DNA of 63,843 nucleotides, the filler included, from Chiloscyllium plagiosum (lineage: Eukaryota): the NCBI RefSeq assembly GCF_004010195.1. It is 5 parts of one record of this genome, joined end to end, with 100 filler letters (N's around TTAATTAATTAA, not from the genome) between each part and the next. Parts side by side here need not be neighbours in the genome. Positions count along the whole stretch, not along the records: positions 1 to 28,892 come from NC_057715.1; 4 more parts are not named here. One strand, given 5' to 3'. Under the pieces are notes generated by a model, which worked only from the letters and a program-made list of their open reading frames with translations, had not been told where the DNA came from and searched no databases. A program made the position numbers and the translations under genes. Positions 1-13,279 of the stretch are shown in pieces (positions within the stretch are counted from its first letter, which is position 1; the number at the start of each line of letters is the position of its first letter).

Positions 1-350
1 GAAGGATGAGGGGTGACTTGTTAGAGGTTTATAAGATGATCAGGGGAATAGATAGAGTAGACAATCAGAGACTTTTTCCCTGGGTACAACAGTGTGTTAC
101 AAGGGGACATAAATTTAAGGTGAAGGGTGGAAGGTATAGGGGGGATGTCAGGGGTAGGTTCTTTACCCAGATAGTGGTGGGAGCATGGAATGCACTGCCT
201 GTGGGAGTGGCAGAGTCAGAATCATTGGTGACCTTTAAGCGGCAATTGGATAGGTACATGGATAGGTGCTTAAGCTAGGACAAATGTTCGGCACAACATC
301 GTGGGCCGAAGGGCTTGTGCTGTGCTGTATTATTCTATGTTCTATGTTCT
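1..350 (+). mobile_element. CR1 (HER1-like) LINE 3' end
   Basis: RGDLLEVYKMIRG...TRGHKFKV...FFTQ.VVGAWNALP C-terminal motif and a (TCTATGT)n tail. Confidence 0.9.
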
Positions 351-929
351 AAACTGTTGATAAATGAGTCTTGCTGCAGTCACTCTGATAAACTTTGAAG
401 CTTCTCTGAAGTGTGTCACATGCCTGGTGTGGTTTCCCTCAGCAGTCAGGATGGATTGTTTATGACAATATGTCAAAGAATTGTATTTACTGAAAGGTTT
501 ATGATGGTTGATGGACTGATACCAAAATAATCTTAACAACAAATGTTGCAAGGGACTGTTATTTAATAATCATGAGTGTAAAGGCCATGATTTGCACCTA
601 ATCTCACAAAAAATTACCTGCTTCAGTGTGGTTATAATTAATACAATGCATTAAAATGATCTACATTTCAACATGCAAAATAACTAGTAAAATGGTGCAC
701 AATAAAATGATTATATTATGAAAACTATGAAAGCTGCTTTGCATGCAGCAAACATGAACTGCTTTGGACTCAACTATTTGCTGCACATTTGAACTCCATA
801 TCAAGCAGGAATGCCTTTTTGAATATAACAAATGATTCTCTTCAGTAAAAGAAGCTAAAAATTAGAGAAAGTGATTTTGGTTTTATAATAGCATCTGAGT
901 TTTAAACATGAGCTAAGTAACTCACTCCT

Positions 930-1395
930 GAAAGAGGCGAGTGATGGAATACTTCTACTTGCCTGAATGAGTTCAGTTCCAACAACATTTAAAAAGCTTG
1001 ACACCGTCAAGGCCAAAGCAACCTGTTTGATTTCATCCTATCCATCACATTATTGTGTGTCCCCTCCACTACTAATCAAAGTGGCATCTGTGTATTCATC
1101 CGGACTCCTTTGATGGTACATATCAAATCCATGACCTCCACCACTTAGAGAGAAAAAGCTAGAAGACACCTGGGAACACAACTACCTGCACGATTCCCTC
1201 CAAGCCACATACCATCCTGACTTGGAAATATATTAGTTTTCCTTCACTGTCACTACTTCAAAATTCTGAAAGTCCCTTCCTAACACCACTATGTGTGTAC
1301 CTACTTCCCAAGGACTGCAGCAGTTCAAAGAAAGTAGGTTGTTACCAGTTTGTCAAGGGCAACTAAGGATGCAACAAATATTTGCCTTGCCAGTG
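930..1395 (+). mobile_element. Degraded L2/CR1-clade LINE 3' end with a Deu-SINE-type tail
   Basis: Homologous to 29935-30395 and, in reverse, to 23245-23640 (catcctgacttggaaatatat ... cagcagttcaa ... aagggcaact). Confidence 0.7.
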
Positions 1396-1901
1396 ATCTG
1401 TACAATGTAGAAACAATAAAACAAAATGTGTATACGTTATCATGTGACACACATAAGTTATTATGCAACTTATAATGTGCACATGTCGTTGCAAACATGG
1501 ATAGGTCTTTATAGTACATATACAGATCAGCCTACACCATGAGCCACGAACAAGGAAATTCTAGTTTTGTGAAGAGAGAAACAAGAAAAAATGTCTATTT
1601 ATCAATTCAAGAAAATTCAGGGACTTGATTGTGGAAATTGGTTCAAGAAAGACCATTTTACACTTTACTAAGATGTTTCTAAGCCAATATAGTGCCTACA
1701 AGCGAGTTTGCCATATTTATTACAGTTAAGCCAATGGTGACAATGGGAATAACTCTTCTTTGCTCGCATTTAAACAGACTCAATATCACATTACCATTAA
1801 TGGGATGTTACTGGACCGAGCAAGATCTGCTTCCCTTTCCAATCAGCTCCATCGATGCTCCTGATATCTTTGTCACCAAGTGTGGAACCAAAATATCTTT
1901 T

Positions 1902-2565
1902 AGAGTTGTAGAGTCATACAGCATGGAAATAGACCCTTCAGCCTAACTTGACCAGACATCCCAATCTGACCGCATATCATTTGCCAGCATTTGACCCATA
2001 TCCCTTTTCAACCCTTCCTATTCATATATCCATCCAGGTGCCTTTTAAAAGTTGAAATTGTACCTGGCTCCACTACCTCCTCTGGCAGTTCATTCCATGT
2101 ATGAGAACCACCCTCAGGTCTTTTTTAAATCTTTCCCCTCTCACCATAAACCTATGCCCTCTAGGTTTGGATTTTCCTCACCCTAAGAAAAACACCTTAG
2201 CTATTCACCCTATCCAAGTCCCTGATGATTTTATAAACCTCTATAAGGTCACCCCTCAGCTTCCAATGCACCAGGGAAAAAAGCCCCAGCCTATTCAGCT
2301 TCTCCCTATAACTCAAACCCTCCAGTCCTAGCAAGATCTGTGTAAATCTTTTCTATATCCTGTCAAGTTTAACAACATCCTTCCTATAGGAGGGAGACCA
2401 GAATTTAATGCAATATTTTAAAAGTGGACTCAACAATGTCCTGTATAACCCCAACATGAAATCCCAACTCCTATACTCAATGCTCTGACTAATGAAGGCA
2501 AGCATACCAAATGCCTTTTTCATCACCCTGTCTACCTGTAACTCCGCTTTCAAGGATCTATGCAC
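1902..2565 (-). mobile_element. CR1 LINE 3' fragment
   Basis: ORF 2353-2565 reads QVDRVMKKAFGMLAFISQSIEYRS...FWSPSYRKDVVKL; 3' UTR lies toward 1902. Confidence 0.9.
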
Positions 2566-3718
2566 CCCTGGATTGCTTTAACTTAAATGTGTCACCCAGA
2601 ATTAAAAGAACAGAAGCAATTATCAGATTGCAGATTGAACACATGAAGAATCCTTACAGAACAGAACAAAGATTTTGAAATCAATGATTTAGGACATGGC
2701 CAGCCATTGACGATTAGCAGCACAGAGAAAATAAGTAAGTGGTATTTCAAGTACAAGAGTCAAGAGCCTAAGTTCTTATTGACCATAGTTTTGGGTAGGG
2801 CAGAGTTTGTGAGACTTGCAGGAGACCATTGCAAAAAAAAATGAACTACATGTCAGAAAAATCATAAAATGTGAGAAATGTGCAAGAAAGCAAACAACAT
2901 CAGATGATCTAACACTTAGCATATGGTTCATTAAGTGTTATCGAGTCACCATGCCAGTCATAAATTTATAATAATTGCAAGCTTATATCTGCAACATTAA
3001 ATTTGTTAGCTTCATCTGACTTGCATCGGAAGTTGATCAGTGAACTTAATGTTTGTTCACAGGAAGAGAATGTCAGTGAATGAGTCATTTCAGATACTTT
3101 TGTGGCTATATTTTTCTCTGCCACCTTGGTAACCTGATGGAGCGCACTGTTTGCTATTTTTGGAACCTGCCCAATCTTTGTTTTGTTGATTAAAACAAGA
3201 AGATCAGCTAGCTTCTGCCACAGATCCTGCTCCACCTAGAACACTTTACACACACAAACTTAAACCCAGCCCAACTGAATTTTCAAACACCATTGACAAC
3301 TAGGCCCAAGGATTATTTAGTATCTTGCCCAATCAAACTTTTATTGGTGCAGCATCCAACAGGAAGTTAGAAAAATGTAGATGATTTCGCAAGACACATT
3401 TGAGAAAATGTAAGAGTACTTGGAACAGGAAAAGAGAGACTTTGCAAAGTGAGTAGCTGAAAGACACAGATATGAGCATTTCAGGTTTCATTACAAGTAT
3501 GTGTTGAGTTACTTCATCTCAACTGTAATGTTTGCTGAAGAATGAATTGGCCAAATGCTGATTGGTTCATGATGAAACTTTCAGCCATTGCATTTTCTGC
3601 TTGTTGACATTTAGCAAGCCTTGCTGGATGTGTACATTTGAGTGTTGAAAAGTGATTCAGTTGAACTTGGTTATGATGTGTTTAAAAGGACTGCCATACC
3701 TATTATTATTACTCACAT

Positions 3719-3810
3719 ATGAAGAAGGGCTCATGCCCGAAACGTTGATTCTCCTGCTCCTTGGATGCTGCCTTACCTGCTGCGCTTTACCAGCAACACA
3801 TTTTCAGCTT
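3719..3810 (+). mobile_element. Solo arm of Penelope-like pLTR (family A) with degenerate hammerhead core
   Basis: tgaagaagggctcatgcccgaaacgttgattctcctgctccttggatgctgcc is homologous to 22773-22864. Confidence 0.75.
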
Positions 3811-5037
3811 TAAATTAACCTTGTCAGACATGTTATAATATACCTCTGATACAGCTTGGACTTGAACCCAGAACCTTTGACTCACTATCTCGGCAACTGT
3901 ACCACAAAATTGCCTCTCATGGAGTTGTACCCAAATACTTTCAATATTTTCATGGGATATGAGAGAACATTGACGGATAAATTTGATAAGATAAGAAAAT
4001 CAACTGTTACCCAACAACAGGAACTCAAATTAAATACAGTTGAAATTGTGATCTGAACCATGCAGAGCCACTGCAAATATGAACAGGTATGTACCATAGC
4101 TTTGAGCACTAGAATACTAATGCACAATGTCACGAACTTGATTATTTGTACAATCCTCATTCAATTAACTTTCCAAATAGAAGCTCTGCTGAACTAGAAG
4201 GGTACTCAATGGAAACTACAGCAGCTTCCTGTAGCATGAAGAGAAATTGGGAATGATGTGATGACATGAAGCCTCATGAAATGGAAACACGGCAATTTTG
4301 AGAAAAAGATCTCGGTCCATTTCGGTTGCCTTAAATTATCCTGGTAGCCAAAACTGTGGTAATAGGGGGCTTTGGAACCTAAAGCTATTATTGTTATTCT
4401 TTACAGCAGCTAATACATCTGCACCAATAGCAACAGTACCACAAAAGCGAAATTAGTCTGAAGACAGAGATTAATTTACAAAGAAAGGATAATGTTACAA
4501 AATAAAGTTTGAATAAAATGCAAATACAAAATCAACAAGTTACATACAGTTGGTTAGTAATAATTTGGAGTTGATTTTTAGAATAAAAATCTTGAGTTGT
4601 ACAACAATTTCAATTAAGCAGCTTGAATAACATATTAAAATAATATTTTAGTATGCAAAGGATATGAGTCATCTTATAGCTTGAATTACACAACTTTGGA
4701 TAAACAACAATCAACAGTTAAGATGTTCAATAATTTCACAAGTTATGTATTTAATTTCTGCAAGTAAAAAGTACTAGTCTTGCCTGTAATATGTCTTGTT
4801 GATTCTTGCCAGAGTGGACTTTCATAAAATGAACAGTAATTCCTGTTGTTCTTAGTTACTTTTAAAAAGGACTTCCATTGAGCTCACAACTGCAATGAAT
4901 TAGCTAACTCACACAACATTTCTGTATGATACTATTCATTAAGCAAACTCAAAATACAGAAATGAAACAGATAAAACACCAGACATTGCACTGCATGGCA
5001 CTTCCACCTCAGTGAATGAAGATGATAGATCATATAC

Positions 5038-5193
5038 CTTATTGTCACACGCAATTGGTTTCTTGCATTCCTCACAGGTATTAGAATAAAGGCTTTCGTA
5101 GCACTTCACACAATAAGCATTCTCTTCTCTAAGGATGTATTTCTTCCCAAAGAGGGACTCCTTGCAATAGTGACAGTCAAAGCGTTCTGTCAT
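5038..5193 (-). CDS. FHL2: Four-and-a-half LIM domains protein 2, first coding exon (codons 1-52: half-LIM and start of LIM1); remaining exons lie beyond the left edge of the window
   Basis: MTERFDCHYCKESLFGKKYILREENAYCVKCYESLYSNTCEECKKPIACDNK matches the vertebrate FHL2 N-terminus (MTERFDC..C.ESLFGKKY.LREE..YCV.C) rather than FHL1. A phase-0 donor AAG|GTATAT follows codon 52 (GT at 5037-5036). Confidence 0.93.
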
Positions 5194-5219
5194 CGTGCTT
5201 TTTGGAAAGCTCTAAGCAC
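5194..5219 (-). other. FHL2: 5' UTR portion of the FHL2 first coding exon
   Basis: On the minus strand a polypyrimidine tract and acceptor (ttttctgctcttgttttgcattctAG|GTGC, AG at 5221-5220) lie 26 nt upstream of the ATG. Confidence 0.8.
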
Positions 5220-5542
5220 CTAGAATGCAAAACAAGAGCAGAAAATTGAAGCAGTCCTGTTTATCTCTATGCATTGCAACACATCTACATTTGACTAAAT
5301 TCAGCCATGGTAAGACAATAAAAAACATTTACAGATCAACAGCTCTCAGAGTGAAATCAGAAATGTAAATTGTGACAGATTGTCAGTCACTCACAGTTCC
5401 GGTAGTCAGTCAGAAGCTAAGGTGTTAGATCACCAGTCCCTAGAATTCATACAGTTTGAACTGCTGCACGTCTAATAACTGATGAGTGTTGTGTTGAAGC
5501 AATTGAGTGGCTGGCTGCCTAATAAAATCCTGTGTCGTTTTA

Positions 5543-5552
5543 CCATATATGG
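5543..5552. promoter_or_regulatory. Perfect CArG box (SRF site) in the FHL2 intron just upstream of the first coding exon
   Basis: CCATATATGG fits CC(A/T)6GG and sits in non-repetitive sequence. FHL2 is an established SRF target. Confidence 0.55.
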
Positions 5553-5789
5553 ATATAAAGCTAGAAAATCATTCTCTCTCTGAGCTTCACTACAGCTGGC
5601 AAAGCTGACCCTCCCTTCTTCATAGGTTTACTGTTATCCAGATTGCTTTCTTTAATTTTTCTTTATTAGTAAATCACCAGACTCATTTTAACAGAGAAAC
5701 ACAGCAGACCTTCACAAAGGGCTGGTAAACACTTCCCAAGATCATACATAAAAGTACATGATGATATCAATAGATTATTACGATTTAAC

Positions 5790-6010
5790 TTAGAATCCCT
5801 AAAGTGTGGATGCAGACCATTCAGCCCCTATCCAATTCCTGTAATCCTACATTTTCCTTGGTTAAGCCACTCCAACCTACACATCTTTGAACTGTGCGAG
5901 GAAACCCTCACAGACAAAGGGAGGATGTGCAAACTCCACATAAGTAATCACCTGGGGTAGAATCAAACCCAGGCACAACAGTGCCAACCACTGATCCATC
6001 ATGCCACCCC
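5790..6010 (-). mobile_element. Degraded HE1-like tRNA/V-SINE
   Basis: gtgcaaactccacat and gccaaccactga are homologous to 33964-34255. Confidence 0.75.
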
Positions 6011-8174
6011 AACATTAGCTTCACATTTAGTGTGTGCAAATAAACCACCTTGTTCTGAATGTAGTCATTCAACTCATAAAGTTAGAGCATTGTTATAAAA
6101 TAGTGTGAATTGAAGGGTGTTACAAATTGCAGAACTCGAGAATTTTTTTACTTCTGTGACAATTTTTTTTTCACTTCTGTGTGAATGGCCAAACAAGATT
6201 AGCATGCATCTATGTGAACAGCGATTATTATTACATGTCTCCAGAATGAAATCTTGTGTCCAACTATTGTAGTCACTTAAAGCATTTTCAATGTTACACG
6301 AGATACCCTGATACTTAACCAGTTGCCTAAGTAGATTGATCTTTACATTGGAATCAATCTGCATTTCTACTGTTAGATTTGGTTCTAGCACAAAATGGAA
6401 ACTGTAAGAGGTTAAGGGTCTTTCAGAAATTGACACTGTATTAGTGTGCCCATGTAAATATTTGTTTATTAGTCCACAAAGGTTTGAGTCCAGTTCAATA
6501 TAACATTAAATAGAACCACTAAAGGAGGAGATAGACATGACTGTGAGTTAAATGAACTAAGCCATTAACTCCTAAATTTTCAGTACTCAATGTAATAACC
6601 CAAACTTTAGTAGTCTTTGTGCTACAGTTGTATTCCTGGTTCTGGATGACAATCTAGGGTTCTCCTTCCAGCTAATAAGAATAATATTATTAATATGTTA
6701 GGACCCTATAAAAAAATTACTGTTATTGTTTCTTCAGCTGCTGTATCAAGCTTGCCTCGGAGAATATTAATTCATGTTGTGAGGATCTCTGCATTCAGGC
6801 ATCAGCACGATCAGGCATTCCTGTTTGTTACATTGCTGCCCAGGAACTAATAAAAAATGGATTCATTTTTATTACATAACAGTGTTGAGACCCACTTAAT
6901 ACCATTAAGTCTCCTCTAGTCTAGTAGACTACAGATACCCAAGGGGGAGTTTCCCACTCACTGGGAGGGGGGCTAGTCTGAGATAATATGCTAAGGATAA
7001 CACTGCTTTCCAATGCAGTCTCACCACAAGAGAAATTTCCCAGTGGTGACAACAGCAGTGGCTTGGGCAGCTGTGACAAAATACAGAGACCCACGATAAC
7101 CAATCAAAAATTAATTTAAGAGCCATCCTTCTGGGTCACTGACATTTTGCCAGCAGCAGTGTGGACCCCTGCTGCATTTGGACAATGCCAACTGCATGGA
7201 GGAGACCATCTTACAGACTCTTGAAGGGACAATTCCAAGATCAAAAGAAGGGGGACTTGTGACATCAATGCTGCATTGCAGTCCTGATACCTTCGCTGAA
7301 GGGGCTCCCTCTGAATGCTGGGACCACATCCCTACTTGGCACTGGCAGAAAACCGATGTGTCTTCCTCCCTTCCAAGGATGACTCGAGATGAAAGCAGCT
7401 GCTTGTTAGCTTTGCTGCCTTACCAGTCGCCAATTGTTTCAGTGATCCCCTGATTAAGTCAAAAGCACAGAAAACCTGCTTACTATTTTAAATGGATGGC
7501 AACTCTCTCCTAAAAGACTATCACTTCATCCGCTCATGGATGCCTTAAAACCTGCAAACATCCCTGATGTTGGGCCTAACATTATGCCTTGACCCCTTCT
7601 GAGAAAATCCCAGCTCTTCCCTGCTGAAAAGTTCATTGGGTTTCAAAGGAAGGACTACCTGTTGTGTCTTCATGACATTAGGAAGTAAACCAGCAACCCA
7701 AAACTCCTGGACTATCAGTCTAGAACTCATGCGTCACATTGTGAAATGTTTGAATGTCATGAGCGGGTCTGTTTCTTATTTTGAAAATTGTTTACATTTT
7801 TGTGTTCTGGGCTCTCATGATTCTTTGTATTTCATTTTCAGTTTACTTTCTTTGTTTTATCTTTTATTGCTGAGGCTTTACACTTTTAGATTCCGACTGA
7901 GGTAATTCTTACTTTCTTCAATATCTGTTCTTTACAATCAAAGGATCATAAAATTAGATGCTGGTTGATTCTGCAATATTTCATAAGTCTTTTGTCAATA
8001 CTGATAGCAGCAGGAACAATGTTGCATAGCATCAATGCGCTGATATCAGAGCAGCAAATGATGACTATGCACTTAAAACTTTAAGATGAATTCAGTTATA
8101 TGCATTTTCCAAGCTTAGAATAATAATTGTAACTGATAAAATGACAACTGCTGCATTCCAGACAATTAATAAGC

Positions 8175-8435
8175 AGTGGCAAAATGATAAAGTCACAGTG
8201 CTAGTAATCCAGAGACCTAGTGAATATTCCAGAGACATGGATTCAAATCCACCAAAGCAGCTGATGAAATTTAATTTATAACTCAGGGATGGAAAGCCCT
8301 CAGTAATGGTGACCATGAACTACCATTCAGTGTTATAAAACCCATCTTGTTCACTCATGCCTTTAGCCACCCAGTTCAAGGTCACTTAGGGAGCAATAAT
8401 AAATTTTGTTAATATACACATCCTGTGAAAGAATA
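8175..8435 (+). mobile_element. tRNA-derived Deu-SINE (SacSINE1-like), degraded
   Basis: ctagtaatccagaga...ggattcaaatcccacc B-box-like head, cagtaatggtgaccatg...cccatcttgttcact body, and L2-type tail. Confidence 0.6.
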
Positions 8436-8729
8436 AAAGAGAAATAAGTCTTTATTGGAGCTGTTGCAGATTTGAAACATTGACAGTGACTGACTTTCTG
8501 GTAGAATATTTAAATATGTAATGACATAACTGATAAAGGATACCGTAAATTCCACTTTCTAATAATCGTAAAGTTGACATTATGCACATTGCAGAAGTAA
8601 AGACTACAGGAAAATTTTCCACTGATTATCCAGTGCAGGGAGATCTGAAATCATAGTTATCATTAGTCAAATGAAACACTATTAGGAATTGCATAAAGTG
8701 CTCCCATAAAGAGAAGAGAAAACCGTAGA

Positions 8730-9140
8730 ATCACTAAGTTATTACATTGCAGAAGTAGGCCATTCAGCCCATTTATCTGCATTACCTCACTGAGCATTTT
8801 GGCTTAATGTCAATTTCCTGCCTTTCTCTGCAATATTAGACATTATCTAAACAGAAACAACCATTTAACGTCCTCTTGAATACCCCAATTGAATCTGCCT
8901 CCCGACAGATGCATCCCAGACCCTAATAATTTGCTCCGCGAAAAAGATTTGTCCCATTTCACATTTGTTAAATCTATGCCTTCTAGTTCTCAATCTCTTA
9001 CATGCCAAAACAATTTCTCCCTCCCTATTTTAACCAGCGCCCTTATGATTTTGAAAACCTCTATCAAGCTCCTGTTAGATTTCTCCTCTTCAAGGAAAAC
9101 AGTCCCTCTTGTCCATTCTATCCATCTCCCATCTTGCATT
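8730..9140 (-). mobile_element. Old CR1 3' fragment
   Basis: gaagtaggccattcagccc tail and atgattttgaaaacctctatcaag resemble the other CR1 3' ends. Confidence 0.6.
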
Positions 9141-10369
9141 CAATTGCTCAAATACGCCCAAAGCTATCATGTCACATCCTGCATTTAGGTGAGGATGTTC
9201 AATTTACTGCCTGCAGTTATGGCAGAGAGCTGTACCCTACAGATATGAACAGAATTAAAATAGTATGAAGGAGGAATTAGGACAGGAAGTGTTGGGTAAG
9301 GAGGCAAAACCATGCTAAAACAATGTTGATGGGATGGGAGAATAGGAGGAGAATTCCAAAAAGGCACTGCTGAGACCACCATTATTTTATTTTTATTTTT
9401 ATTATTTTTGGTTTAGAACTGTGAACTGTGATCTGAGAGTGAACATGACCTTTGGATTGTAAGCAGCAGCTTGTGTTTTTTTCAAACAAATTGATATTTG
9501 TTTATGAGGCAAGGTGATTTATTTATTTATTTATTGTCACATGTATTTTGTTACAAAATACAGTCAAAAGTGTTGTGGTGTGTTGCTATTCTCCTGCACC
9601 ATCTTTAGACACAGAAAAATAAACCAAAACATAGAACTTAAAGGCAGAAAAATAAAGAAATTTTTAAAAAAGCATCTAACTTTACAGTCCTTTTTGTTAA
9701 ATGCTCCACTTTGGGCCATGGACCAAGACCCTTCACTATGCAGCCACGAATGGAATGAAAGTTAACATCCTTCAGTGCCATCTCACTTTCATTGACACCC
9801 TCAAAGTATTCGATCGATGTTTCAGTTCTGGAGATGCATCATACTCAAACAGATGGCATTTGTTTGAATGTTAATAGGAAGGCGTATGCCGAGAGAATGT
9901 TAGGAAAAAAAGAAAGGTAAAACAATGCTTTCACAGGTTTTGAGCTGTTTGTTTTTGTTAGAAAGATTGTGGCTGTCATAGCTATAGAATATAGGCTTGG
10001 TTGCTCTGGTTGTTCTCCCATTAACAACTTAACAAAAGTTTGGAGAATAGAATCTCAGTTATGAGAATTAAGTGAATATTCCTCGCAGCCTGCTCAAAAC
10101 TACTTGGAAACTGATGTCTTCAGGAACCAGCAAGATACAAACACATATATTATGATTCGTAAAGTCTGCTTCAGTGAACTGGCCAGTTACACCTCTCGAA
10201 GTTTTCTTTTGATTTATCCCTTAACTGCGTCTGTTTGTCGGTGTGTCTTTGTGAGAGTGGGGGCTAAAATCAAAGAAGATTGAGTTTAAATCATGGATTA
10301 CCATGTAGTTTAACTTTACTCTGCTAAAGGTACTGTATTATTAATAAATTGTTAATTAAATTGTTCAAG

Positions 10370-12230
10370 TGGGAAAGAGTTGGACCCATTAAGACCAGTG
10401 TGACAATTTGTGCATGGAACCACAGGATGCAGGTAGGGTTCTAAATGAATACTTTGGTTCGGTGTTCACTGCTGAGAGGGATGATTTAGATATAGAAATT
10501 GGGATAGGGACTGTGATATACTTAAAGGAATTAGCATGGACAAAGAGGATGTTTTGACTTTTGGCAGGCTTAAAAGCAGATAAATCTCTATAGTTGCATT
10601 AAATATATCCTAAGCTATTGAGTGAGGCAAGGGAGGAAGTAGAAGAGCACTGGTGATAATTTTCAATTCCTCTCTGCCCACAGAAGAGGTACCAGAGGAC
10701 AGCTAATGTGGTGTTGTTATTCAAGAAGGGAGGAAGAGATAAACCAGGAAACTGAGGCTAGTCAGTCTAACCTAATGGAGAAACTATTGGAAGCAATTCT
10801 GAGGGACAGAATTAAGCTGCACTTGGACAGGCAATGATTAATCAAGAAGTGACAGTACGGTTTTGTTAAGGCAGGTCATGTCTGACTAACTTGACTGAAT
10901 TTTTCGAAGACGTAAGGAAGTGTGTAGATGAGGGCATTTGACATAATCTACTTGGAAGTCAGCAAGGCTTTTGATAAGGTCCCACATGAGAGGCTGATAA
11001 CAAAGGAAAGAGCTCAAGGGACCCAAGGGACATTAGGCAAATTGGAACCAGAATTGGTGTGTGGCAGGTAGCAGAGGATGGTCAAGGGCTGATTTTGTGA
11101 CTGGAAGCCCTTGTTTTTTATGCCTATATGAATTATTTAGGTGTGAAAGTAGGAGGGTTGGTAAGTAATTCCATGGATGATACAAAAATTGGTAGGATGG
11201 TAAATAGTGAGGAGGATAGTCTAACATTATAGGAGGATATCGATGGGCTGGTCAAATGGACTGATGGATGGCAAATGTAATTCAGTCCAAATAAACGTGA
11301 GGTAGGACAAAAAAGGCAAGGGGATAGACAGTGAACAGGAGGACCCTTGGAAGTACCAAGGATCAGAGAGGCCTTGATGAGTACATCCACCAGTCTGTTA
11401 AGATAGCAGGATAAAGTAATTAAGAAGGCACATGGTTTGTATGCCCTTAGTAGTTAAAGCATAGAGTTTATGCTGGAACTGTATAAAACATTGACTAGGC
11501 CACAGCTAGAGTATTTTGTGTAGTTCTGGAATCCACATTATAGGAGGGGTGTGATTGCACTGGAGAGAGTGCAGAGGAAATTTATCAGGACATTACCTGG
11601 GCTTGAGAGTTTTAGTCATGAAGAGGGATTGGACAGATTGAGATTGTTTTTCTTGGAACAATGGAGACTGATGGGTTCATGATTGAAATGTATAAAATTA
11701 TGCAGAGCATATACAGGGTATACATGAAGGAACTTTTCTCCTTGGTACAGCAATGACCATGGAGTATATGTGTAAGATAAGGTGTAGAACTTTTAGACGG
11801 GATGTTAAGAAAATATTTTTCACCCAGAAGATGGTGGAAATCTAGAACTCGTTGCCTGTAAGGTTGGTAGGGGCAGAAATTCTCATAACACTTTAGAAGT
11901 ACAAACAACCTTGGTTATCTGAATGTCAATTATCTGAATTTCGGATTATTTGAACAAGATCTTAAAGTCCTGTAAAAACGTTATCCGTTATTCAAAAAAT
12001 CAGTTTTCTGAACAAACAGTTATCCGAACAAAATACTCCTGCCCGTCTCATTGAATAATCGAGGTTGTTCTGTATTTAGATGTATACTTGTGATGCCAAA
12101 GCATACAAGGCTATAGGCCAAGTGCTAGGAAATGGGATTAGAATAGTTAGCTGGTTGTTTTTGACCGACACAAACTTGATGACACGGAGGGTCTCTCTCT
12201 CTCTGTGCTGTAGACTTCTGTGACTCTATG
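10370..12230 (+). mobile_element. Long degraded CR1 ORF2 (RT) and 3' UTR, interrupted by a MITE
   Basis: Recognisable RT remnants (agcaaggcttttgataaggtcccacat = SKAFDKVPH; gatgatacaaaaattggt = DDTKIG) and a (ctatga)-type tail. Confidence 0.85.
11902..12072. mobile_element. Tigger/pogo-like MITE
   Basis: Imperfect TIRs caaacaaccttggttat / ataatcgaggttgttctg, a TA duplication at 11900-11901 and 12073-12074, and an interruption of the CR1 motif agaagTAtttagatg. Confidence 0.75.
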
Positions 12231-13279
12231 AAATCCTGCATTTATGCCAGATTATTCTGGGGTCGACTTGAAAAATTGATAAGAGGACTTCAGGAAACCA
12301 GGACAGCAATTGTTTATTTCATACGTAGATAAGGAGAGAAAACCTTTAAATGTAAAACTTATTCTCTTAAATTACAAAACACTTTCAAGCTTTATACAGA
12401 TTACAACATACACATTACAGTGCTTACACTTCAGTTTATATGTACCTCACATTACCTTTGTTTTCCCACAGTCTTCCATAGGCATTTTCTATTCTTCACT
12501 CAAAGCACCTGATCGTGTAGGTTCTGCACTACTTGTTTTGACAGTTAGAATATCTCATTTGTCATTAATTTTTTCTGTACTAGCTTTGATTATTATTGAT
12601 TACATGGCTAAAGCTTTAACCCTTAATCAACCCATTTAGTGACCTCCTCCAAAAAATTAACTAAATTAGTCAGACATGATGTATCTTTCACAAATTTATG
12701 CTGACTCCGTTTGATTATTCTATATAATTGTTACATGGGTACTCACGCATCATCTAGTTTATAGGGATTGATTAATGCTTTAAGCACATAAGACAAACTA
12801 TACTGCCTTGACTAACTTCCTGATCAATAAATCTGGTCTAGCTACATAAACCATGGGAGCTTTAAGTGAAGAGCCACATAGGTATAAACTCATAAATTAA
12901 GGCTGAATTTCTATTTTCAATAATTTGCAAAATTGTCAAACAGCCAAGACTAAGAACTCCTGAGGTGAATGTTAAACACTGTTAAATTTGTATTTCAACA
13001 GAGTCTAAGTTCACACTTTTAGTGAGACCTTCAGTTAAACCCATTCCCCTGACTAATACTAGCTTCCAATATATATAAAACAATTGACAATTAATTAATG
13101 CTTAATTAATATTTCCCTCATCTCTTCCCTCATTGCATTAGGTGTGGCATTTCTAAAAAATTCATTTGTGGGATGCAAGCATTGCTGCTGGGCCAGCTGT
13201 TATTACCCATTCCTAGTTGTCCTTGAGAAGATGATGGTGAGCTGCGTTCTTGAAAGAAATCCATTTGGTGCCATTACAG

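Noticed and set aside
4939..5037. ORF extension of FHL2 (VYDLSSSFTEVEVPC...)
   Set aside because: Read-through into the intron past the GT donor at 5037; LIM similarity stops at codon 52.
1..5037. Next FHL2 coding exon (expected DLSYKDRHWH-like)
   Set aside because: Not found on the minus strand; it presumably lies outside the window.
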